Assembly: GCA_043228905.1 (NCBI GenBank)
Contig: JBHGNT010000008.1
Location: forward strand, 6,820,001 to 6,884,000
Reading direction: 5' to 3'
DNA from: Azolla caroliniana
Taxonomy: Eukaryota; Plantae; Polypodiophyta
DNA: 64,000 bases
Shown: piece after piece, positions 46,001 to 55,423 of the stretch
How the letters are laid out: the number at the start of each line of letters is the position of its first letter
Position numbering within the stretch: the stretch's first letter is position 1
Program-made: the position numbers and the translations under genes
The notes under the pieces: generated by a model
What the model saw: the letters and a program-made list of their open reading frames with translations, nothing else
What the model was told of the DNA's origin: nothing
Database searches by the model: none

Positions 46001-48574
46001 AGTGCTGATTTTTACAGGAAAGGTAGATGGCCAATTGATACTAAACATGGTTGGCGAGTAAAAGTTGCCACATCAGTGACAGAAGATTTATTTAGTGCAT
46101 GCCCAAATGTAAAGGTTATTATTGGTGATATAGAGGTAGATCAACATTTCTTTGTGCAGGAAGGATCTACCTATCCAATAATCCTGGGCCAACCATACAT
46201 TACAGCGGTACGGATGGAGACCAAAGTCCTCGACAATGATTCTGCCTATGCGAAAATCTGTAGCCAAGATGGATGACGAACTGTACAATTTATGACAGTT
46301 CGCCCAAATCATGAGAGGAACAAGCAAGAGCTTCGTGATCATTCAATACCAAAAGACTGTGATGATTTTGATAATCAAGTTTTTGACTAGGACTGTTGCG
46401 AGTGAGGGTTGCAATAGTCCCATTATTAAAAGACCCTGATATAGGGAATTAAAACATATGAATAAGTCATTTCATGTTTCTGAAAGTGGTGCTATATGTG
46501 TGACTAGGATGTATGAATGCAAGAGGAACTTGAAAAAGAATTCTAATCTGTTTCAGCAAGCATTGAAGGATAAGGGAGTACTTGAAATGGAAGAGCAGAT
46601 TGAAAGTGTTATGGAAGAAATTTCTTTTGCAAATACTTTAGAAGAGTTAGAAATGTATTTGAAAGAAGATGATGAGAATGTTAGAAAGATACATGTAAAC
46701 TCAATTGATATGTATTATGAGATTGATAGGTATAATTGTAAATATGAAGAAGTAGAAAGTTTATGTAATACAAAATACAAAAGAATAGATAAAAAGGTCA
46801 AACCTGCTGCAGTACCATTACCTATTGGTAGTGAAGAGAAGATGGAGGCAGCAGCAACCGAGCCTTTGCTTCGACCAATAGAGAAGATCAGACATCACTT
46901 CACTTCGGAGACAATAAATAACTTGAGAATCGGAAGGGGTGAATTTCTTCTACAATCAGAGATCTCGACTTTCAAAGAAATGATCTTTAGGCATGGGAAA
47001 GCGTTCGCATTCAAAGCTGAGGAGATTGGTTGTGTAAATCCAAAGGTGGTGACGCCAATGGTAATATTTACTATCCCTCATATTCCTTGGAATTTTAAAC
47101 CTATTGCAGTACCGAGAGCTTGATTACCTCAATTGTTGGAGCTACTGAAGGATAAAGTCAAGATGAAGATTTTAGAGCCTTCAAATGCACCATACTCCAA
47201 TAGATGGTTCACAGTTCCAAAGAAAGATGGTTCTCTAAGATTCATTCAAGATCTACAACAAGTCAACAAAGTCACAATCCGAAATGCGGGAATCGGACCG
47301 ATCGTTGATGAATTTGCAGATACGTTTGCTGGAAAGAGGATAAAAGTATTTAAGAAAAGGTTTGAGCTTGAACCTCCTCCAATAGATCAACATGAAGATG
47401 AAAGATAGTGGCACATGCCGGAGGATGTGCAGGTCTAGAGGGGGTGGATGTCGTGAAGTACGAAAGCTTCACATTAAAAGTCTACAATAAGATAAATACG
47501 TAACTAAAATAACATTTGATAATGTTTTATATATAAAGATAATATTAACAACACATATGATAATATTAGATATATATGTAAAGAAAAATAATATATATAT
47601 AGATAAATATATTATATTACACGAACAAGAGAGGACTTGAACCAATAACCCCACCCTATGACTCTCAAATCTTACCATTTACTCTATACTAGTAATATAT
47701 TAAAGTAAAGCATACTTTATATTACATAAAGGATTTGCTTCATGATATAAAAGTAAAGTTGTATGTTGTATTCAATAGTGTTTTGAGACTCGAACCCACA
47801 ACCTCATGCACCAAAGTCAACACACATACCATTAGGCTACGCCCTTTCTCTTTAAGATTATATTTTCATGTTTATTGTTATTGCATATATTGTTTCATAC
47901 ATAAAAGCTCAAATGAGCGAGATGTTTATCATGCATCACATGTAATGCATGAACGCCAAATGGTGATCATGCATCACATGCATTTCATGCACTACATGCA
48001 TGACTTGTACCCTCCAATGCATCATATGCATGGGGGCATCTATTTAAATGGTGAAAGAGAAGATCAAAGGGGGATATGTATGAGATATCAATCAAATTAT
48101 GTATTACATAAGAGATATCATAAAAATAGAGAAAGAGGGGAAGAAGTTGAACATAAACATGGAGCTCTTGCTTGGCGGTCGTGGTGGTCAACTCTCAACA
48201 AGAGGGAGGTGGTTCGAGCCTTATCTTCATCAAAATATTGAAGTGAAGATTGTAGTGGTCTACGATCAAGAAAGAGAAGAGCAATTACCTTGCAAGACAA
48301 AGTTCGGAGGTTCAACGACGTGCACAATCATTTTGTAACTCTTTCATGAAAATGATTATAAATTTCATACACTTTCTCATATATTATTTTATATCTTATC
48401 TTGTCTTATCTTATATTCCTTAAAAATCCTATTTTGTCATATCTTATTGATCTCTATTCACTCCATCTCTACTCTTTCGTCTCTTCCGTCCATAATCCCA
48501 ATGATTCCTTCCTCACTTTCACATTATCCTTTATGTGCGCAACGGTACGCTTCTAGGCGAGCCACGTCACGACA
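43034..48574 (+). mobile_element. tRNA-Trp-primed Gypsy copy B, internally deleted; LTRs 43034-44157 and 47449-48574
   Basis: PBS TGGTGAACCTGACGTGA (44163-44179), TSD CCAG/CCGG, PPT AGAGGGGGTGGA. Gag-PR homologous to copy A (LIDHGSEIN). RT fused to the integrase tail at FAG|KRIK. Confidence 0.93.
43216..43428 (-). promoter_or_regulatory. Two tandem tRNA-like A/B-box modules in the Gypsy B U3 (copies at 47633-47686, 47786-47839)
   Basis: Minus strand: TAGCCTAATGG..GGTTCGAGTCT (43423-43370) and TAGAGTAAATGG..GGTTCAAGTCC (43269-43216), both with 43-nt A-to-B spacing. Confidence 0.65.
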
Positions 48575-50184
48575 CCGGACAAAAGAAGAAAACGAACAAT
48601 TACGGGAGGAAGCGAAGAAATTGGAGGTGGCAATCGCGGGACTCCGGGCCTTATTGGAGAAAAAGAAGGCATGGTTCGACGAGCAGCTAGTGGGTGAACA
48701 GGAAAGAAGGCATCAACTCAAAATCCGCCTAAACAATGAAATGGGGAAATTAGAAGACCTACATGCGAAGGAATTCCAGCTGTGGGCGGGTATGAAGAGC
48801 ATGTATGAAGAAGCGGCGGCAGTTAGTCAGCAAGAAATTGCAAACCTCAAGAAGTCGGTGGAAGAAGAATGCAACCGTTGCCAGGCCATCACAAACAACA
48901 TGTGTATCCTTCTACAAACGAATCGGGAGAGGTTTACAATGCAAGCGCAAGCGGCGGAATTGCACGAGTATCGTGCGGACTAGGAGAACCGGAGAAAAGA
49001 CGGTCAAGGCTTCCATAAACTCAATTAGGTGAGCATTGCGGCAGTACGCGAGGACCTAGCGCACCACTATCGCGCGCTAGCGGACCAACATTCCGAAGAA
49101 CTCGCGCAGCTATTAGATGATTTTGGTGAAAGTCAGGAGGATCTGTTTCACCAAATCACGCAAGCTGGTAGCACACGAACAAATGAGGAATCCATCGCAA
49201 CACCAATTCCGGATACTGCCGAAGAAGACAAACCTCAGGGCAGGTCACCAGAAATTACAACTACGGTGAACAGCGCGGAACGGCGAGCGGAGTCCCCCAC
49301 AATACCAAACAGCGAAGCCACTGCCCAAGAGGAACCCCATCTACCGGAGCATACGCTATCGGCTTACCACACAGAGAACGTTGCGGACCAAGTGAAACCG
49401 TAACCCCACTCCCCAGAGTGTACAACGACGGCCGACACCACGGAGGAAGTGACGGATGTGATAGAGCCGCGACCGACCGCAAGCCCGCTAATGGCTGAGC
49501 CCAACCCCCTAGCCCAAGAAGAGCCCATAGAACCCGGGCTGCCCACACAGGATGATCGTGACACCATGAGAAGCCCTCCCGACCAAACAAGGGAACCACA
49601 CCACGACACACCTACGGGCCCTACACCGTCCCTAGGCATTGACACCATAGCAGAGCCAAACATTAGGGGCATTTTGGAAAAAGATTAAAGGGATGGATCC
49701 GACGTGCCATGGCACTGTCCCACAAGCATGCCAAGTGTTGTCCACCGGAATAGTAACCGACGAACAAGAGCGCAAGAATACAGAATAGTATAATATTGTA
49801 ACGCATGTAACGGTTCACATGGGAAGCGTGAATGGCTAAAAGACCCTGCGTAGATAAAGGGCAGAAAACCTCTGATAGAGGCAGCGTGTAATTTTGAATG
49901 TAAGAGGCGTATCGTAATAGAGTTCTATCTTCTCTGATATCTATGTGTAGCTACGGCTAATCTATTGTGTGTCTGTAACACCTGAGAGCGTAGTAGTAAG
50001 TAACGGTGGGTGTGTTAGCCCACTAACAAAGGAGCTCAGTTGTAGCCGTCTCCCTTATACGTTGCTAGGTTACGGGGAATATCCCACTAAGTATTATGCA
50101 CAGACGCTACCATTCGTTGTCACACAGTCACTTGGAGGTCTAGGTCGAAGGACTAACCGTAGACCGTGTTCCTAGTCAATAACA

Positions 50185-51412
50185 ACTACTACCATACTTT
50201 AGCTGAGTAGATAATGAGCTAAGTGGTAGCTAATTAGCTACTACCATAGTTTAATACAATAGCTAATTAGCTACTACCATAGTTTAATACAATAGCTAAT
50301 TAGCTACTACCATACTCTCGCTGAGTAGCTAATTAGCTAAGTGGTAGATAATTAGTTACTACCATAGTTTACTACAATAGCTAATTAGCTACTACCATAC
50401 TTTAGCTGAGCAGCTAATTAGCTACTACCATAGTTTAGTACAATAGCTAATTAGCTAAGTGGTAGCTAATTAGCTACTACCATAGCTTAGTACAATAGCT
50501 AATTAGCTAAGTGGTAGCTAATTAGCTACTACCATAGCTTAGTACAATAGCTAATTAGCTAAGTGGTAGCTAATTAGCTACTACCATACTTTAGCTAAGT
50601 AGCTAATTAGCTACTACCATACTTTAGCTAAGTAGCTAATTAGCTACTACCATAGTTTAATACATTAGCTAATTAGCTAAATGGTAGCTAATTAGCTACT
50701 ACCATAGTTTAGTACAGTCGCTAATTAGCTAAGCGGTAGCAAATTAGCTACGTACAATAGCTAATTAGCCACCACTTAACTAATTTGCTACTACCATAGT
50801 TTAAGACAATAGCTAATTAGCTACTACCATACTTTAGCCGAGTAGCAAATTAGCTAACTAGTAGCTAATTAGCTACTACCATACTTTAGTTATAGTGGCT
50901 AATTAGCTAGTACCATACTTTAGTTGAGTCGCTAATTAGCTAACTGGTAGGTAATTAGCTACAACCATACTTTAGTTGAGTAGCTAATTAGCTACTACCA
51001 TAGTTTAGTACAGTAGCTAATTAGCTAAGTGGTAGCTAATTAGCTACTACCATAGTTTAGTACAATAGCTAATTAGCTACCACTTAACTAATTAGCTACT
51101 ACCATAGTTTATTACAATAGCTAATTAACTACTACCATAGTTTAGTACAATAGTTATTCTAGTAGAGGATTAGCAATTATAGTAGCTAAACAGCTATAGT
51201 CATAAGCAGCTAATTAGCTATTGTTATAGGCAGCTAGTTAGCTATTGTGGTAGCTAAATAGCTATGAATGGTAGCTAGTTACCTATTCTAGTAGCGATAT
51301 TCTTAGGGAGCTAATTAGCTATTACTGGTAGTTAGCTAGCTAAGGTCATTTTCTGAGGTACGTAATTAGCTATTCAGGTATGGTCATATTCGAAGGTAGC
51401 TAATAAGCTAAC
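50185..51412. repeat. TAGCTAATTAGCTA satellite, ~1.2 kb, in the transposase intron
   Basis: Dozens of ~19-bp and ~33-bp units. Confidence 0.97.
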
Positions 51413-51459
51413 TAACTAAGCTCAAAAGTCAAAACAAATGTTGAGATAAATGTAAATAC

Positions 51460-52221
51460 CTGAGGTACATCAAGAAGATGATTGGCATGCTCGTCATATT
51501 GACTCCTTCCAACACGTTTCCTGCATAAATCCTTCTTATAGGGTGAAACCCTACTCTCATTAGTCCAAAATATTGTCATTATATCCTTCATTTCTGATGT
51601 TATGGGTGTCATTGGCTTACGTCTTGTTGTTAGCTTTAGCAGACTAGTTCCTTCACCCGAGAAAACTATCTGGTTCAATGTATTGTACACACTTTTTCTA
51701 CTAACACCAATTACCTTAGATAGCACACTGATGTTAAAATCGTCAACATCACTATTAAGTAACATCATTAGACTAGACCTTTTTAAGAAAAGATCATCTT
51801 CAGACCTGCTCATGGATACAAAACTATTACAGAGATTATTTACTAGTACAAATGTTATGTTTGCATTAAGACCATCACAATCAACTAACTCCTTTATCAA
51901 TGGATCATTTAATATTCCATAAAGTACTACCTTCTTGTCTTCATTGCTGATGTGCTTGGTTTGAACATTGAAATAGTCTACAACATTTCTCTCTATGATA
52001 GTAGTCTCATTACTTCCATTCTCAGTGATATTTAGACCTATATCGCAACCAATACTATCTTTACCTTTAGTTAGTGTGGCTTTCGTATCCTTCAACAATT
52101 GACGATGTTTTCTTTTTTTTTCTGCCCAATACTTTCGTATTGCTTGTTGTGTCCTTATAGTGTCATCCCTATCCTGATGATCATTGAGGGGTAATTCTAA
52201 ACACCCTCCTTCCCCTTCCAT
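51460..52221 (-). CDS. First exon of the Sola2-like transposase
   Basis: Open ORF with HTH-like LSKVIGVSRKSVY and FWTNESRVSPYKKDLCRKR. Splice donor CAG|GTATTT at 51460, followed by satellite. Confidence 0.7.
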
Positions 52222-52379
52222 TTGGCTTGACGGGTTTAAAACCTAATTTTCCCGAAAAAAAGACATGTATTAAAGATGGCTATGGGCAACAACAATACAC
52301 AAAAATATTCCATAATACACAAGATTATACACAACAATACACAAGATAATCAATAGACAAAATGGTTATTCAAATCCAA

Positions 52380-53012
52380 GACCGAACAGTGGCGGTAATC
52401 TAGGGCCGAATAGTGGCGGCAACTGAATGTAGAATGGCGGCAATGGAGGAGTGACGACAACTGAGAGTAGAATGGCAACAGTGGAGAAGGAGTGAACTCC
52501 TTCGGATTGAAAAGTTGCATCAATACATGACCGAACAGTAGCGGCAACTGAGTGTAGAATGATCGCAATGGATGAGTGAACTCGGTCAAATCGAAAAGTG
52601 GCAACAATCCAGGACCGAACAGTAGCGGCAACCGAGTGTAGAATGATGGCAATGGAGGAGTGAACTCTATCAAATCGAACAGTGGCAGATGATGCTTGGA
52701 ACGCTTAGTGACGACAACTGAGAGTACAATGGCGGCAGTGGAGAAGGAGTGAACTCCCTCAGATCGAAAAGTTACAGCAATACACGACCGAATAGTAGCG
52801 GCAATTGAGTGTAGAGTGGCAGCAATGAAGGAGTGAACTTGGCAGATGATGCTTGGACTGAACAATGGCAGCAACTAAGTGTAGAATGGCGGCAATGGAG
52901 GAGTGATCTCCGTCGGATCGAACAGTGGCAGATGATAGTTGGGCCACACAATGCCGATAATTGAGTGTAAAATGGCAACAATGGAGAAGTGGACTCAATA
53001 GGGTTTAGCAAC
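52380..53012. repeat. Degenerate subterminal tandem repeats (GAACAGTGGCGGCAACTGAGTGTAGAATGGCGGCAATGGAGGAGTGAACTC) upstream of the transposase
   Basis: About 8 imperfect copies of the motif blocks. Confidence 0.8.
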
Positions 53013-53537
53013 AGTGGTAGTAATCTAAGCCAAAATACTCAACCAGAGATGGCCCACGTGATGTGGCAAAGGATCATGCATAATGGACCTAGGAATTCGG
53101 TACATAATTTATGGTGCACATATCAATTTATGTTGCACATTTATGGTGCTCATTTATATAATTAAAACTCTCTACTATTTTCAATGGTAGATTTTTGCAT
53201 AGCTAATTTATCAATGGTAGCTTTTTGCATAGCTAATTGTTTCCACTCGCATGCTTTCACCCAGAGATGTAAATCAAGGAGAGAAGATGGGGCTAAATAA
53301 GAATACTAGATTGATGTGTCAATGACTGGTGTTGAATCCCTCGAAAGGGACCAAGGAGGTTACAAGTATTTATACTGTGAGTCAAAGTACATGCATTAGA
53401 ATATTTTGGAGAATTTTCGAGAGCATATTCTAGAACCCTCTAGAACCTTTTAGTTCTAAAACTTTCTAAAAACTCCTAGAGCTTGAAATAGATAATTTGC
53501 TAATAATCTACTAAGATATATAATATGACTATATATT

Positions 53538-53600
53538 TGGATGTGTTGGTTAGAACACAATACTTGACTATATCAAGAGGTCAAGAGTTCAAATCTTGAC
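53538..53600 (+). promoter_or_regulatory. tRNA-like module in the U3 of the split solo LTR
   Basis: TGGATGTGTTGGTTAGAAC, stem CTTGA-CTATA-TCAAG, AGGTC, and a perfect T-arm-like hairpin GTCAAGA-GTTCAAA-TCTTGAC. Confidence 0.6.
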
Positions 53601-54224
53601 ATGACTATTTTCATGTCTATGACAGATGTGTGCCATCCCGGAGTTTGATTCGGCAATTTCCCACTAACTGAACTACATTTCTCTTTTCGAATATGTCCGA
53701 AAAGTAACTATACTTGGCAGGAAATATTTTTACAAGAACGGAAATGCCTCACGACAAAATGGCTAGTGTAGTGACCAAGCCGGAATCGGCCACAACGGAA
53801 TCAACAGAGTGCAAGGATCCAACCGGGATCAGCCAAAATGGTGGATGTGAAAAAGTGATGGTGCAATTGCACCAATCAACCATCAGATTGTGTGTCTCCA
53901 ACCAAGATAGCCCTAACACAATCGAATGTCGGGTGGTTACGATGAGGTAGAGTTAGTACCTTCTAGTGGGCCCCAACTTGAAGTACCAAGTGGATAGTGG
54001 CTTCTGTAACCGCCCCCGAAGAGAGAACTCGTCTGTCAATCGCTTCAACGGATATGGGTTGTGATGTGCAGAAAATCAGGATATTATGGAAAAATGAGAT
54101 ATTGATAAAACAACTACATACTCTAGAGTCGAGCAAGGCATGACATTGTATTGACATAGACCCAAAACAAAGACTTACGTTTTCATGGAGGATTCCGGGC
54201 ACTAGGAGAAAGGTCTCTCGGATG

Positions 54225-54970
54225 TGTGTGAACAAGGGTGTGCATACATGCACATGAAATAGGACTAAATGTTAAACCAAATGTAAATAAAGAAGCATAT
54301 TAATAAGTACTAGGTAGAGTATTTTAATAGGTACTTTTATGATCCCACAAAAAGAGGGGAATTATAGTGAGTGATGGGAGGAAATCATGGAGGGAATCTC
54401 TGACAGAAAACGGCTAACATAACATCGCGATGTAACGTCAACCCTCCCTCCTTGGAGCTATAAAAGGAAGGGAAGATGTCTATTATGAGGATTGAAGATT
54501 TGGGAGGGAAGGTGTTGTCAGATTGTGTCTTCAAGTGCTATAGGAGTTTTCTATTCTAATGATTCGGTTAGGTGGTGTCAGGTCTCTGCTCGCATACGAT
54601 GCCTGTGTGCTCCCGACCAGAGGTTCACTAGTTCGTGTGTCTATCGATCTCAAAGCTATACTAAAAGGCCTAAGGCCATCTCTTTGTATTCTCTCCCTAT
54701 TATTAATTGATTCGTTGTCTTTAGTATTATAGTGTGAGTTGTGTACCGTACGCATCGTGTGCTCTTTGCCTTGGTCATTTCCTTCCTCGTTTTCATCTCT
54801 CGCCTACCGGCGTGTGCCTACGAGTCTGTGTGCTCATTACTCGGAAGTACGATATGGGAGGGGTTAGGTCGCTCTGAGCTCTCAAACGTCTCCTCTGAGA
54901 CCCCGATGGTCCCGCCCAAGCCGACCCACAAGCCGCGGATATCCGCGACAACGTTCAAAGCAAAACCTTC
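54225..54970 (+). mobile_element. Solo-LTR-like insertion
   Basis: Flanked by GGATG/GGATG, starts TG, contains CTATAAAAG, and interrupts the chromovirus gag-PR. The 3' end lacks the canonical CA. Confidence 0.5.
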
Positions 54971-55423
54971 GGATGGCGTAACTAAATTATAGGAGCATGG
55001 AGAAGATTGATAATTGGAAGCATCTAGCTACATGGCTCCTACTGCAATCGGACTTGCTCATTTTCCTAGTGTCGAGAAACCTCTGCAAGACGTGCATGAT
55101 GGAATTCGCACCGAGGGCCTTGCACCGGGAAATGACGAATGACATGGTCGGGAGTATCCCAATAGAGACAGAGGCCATTGTCACGTCCGCGTTGACGTTG
55201 GGCATCAATTACTGGTTGGAATCGAGCATGGTCGATCTCCATTGGGGTAAGGGGATCAACCACCATCAGGGTATGGGTATCAGTTGAGGATGGTAAAGTT
55301 GGCGTGGTTAGCAAAATTGATACGTGCGACCTTGCTATTGATGCATTTCGGGAGGAAGACTGGAACCTTGGGTCCCACATTCTTCCTAACAAAGTTCAAA
55401 AAGACGATTATCACATTGAACGG

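Larger units (their letters stand above)
41448..49688 (+). pseudogene. Extra post-integrase ORF (globular N-domain, long coiled coil, P/T/E-rich tail), split by Gypsy B
   Basis: ORF fragments at 41546-43033 and 48575-49688 rejoin across the CCAG/CCGG TSD. Several stops. Confidence 0.6.
39640..50184 (+). mobile_element. 5'-truncated non-chromovirus (Athila/Tat-like) Gypsy: RT-RH-INT remnants, extra 3' ORF, 3' LTR ~49672-50184
   Basis: LSRFLGQ, AERNYSTTERE, LARWILLLQEFDF, ADFLSR. A-rich tract at about 41165. PPT-like TTAGGGGCA. LTR ends TAACA against the satellite. Confidence 0.75.
29846..53262. mobile_element. TIR DNA transposon, Sola2-like, 23.4 kb including nested inserts
   Basis: 25-bp TIRs GGGT(A/G)AAAGCATGCGAGTGGAAACA (29846-29870, 53238-53262). 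4-bp TSD AGAG/AGAG. Transposase motifs SRVSPYKKD and GKGEHDGAGVVIKR. Confidence 0.85.
29675..53624 (-). mobile_element. Gypsy-type solo LTR (29675-29845 + 53267-53624) split by the DNA transposon
   Basis: TGTCAC...ATGACA with perfect TSD GATGT/GATGT. Minus-strand TATAAATAC near 53370. Confidence 0.85.

Noticed and set aside
50185-51412. CRISPR-like look of the TAGCTAATTAGCTA array
   Set aside because: The spacers are themselves repeated, so this is a satellite.
52350-52874. 174-aa minus-strand ORF upstream of the transposase
   Set aside because: Translation of subterminal tandem repeats (recurring LPLF/FTP).
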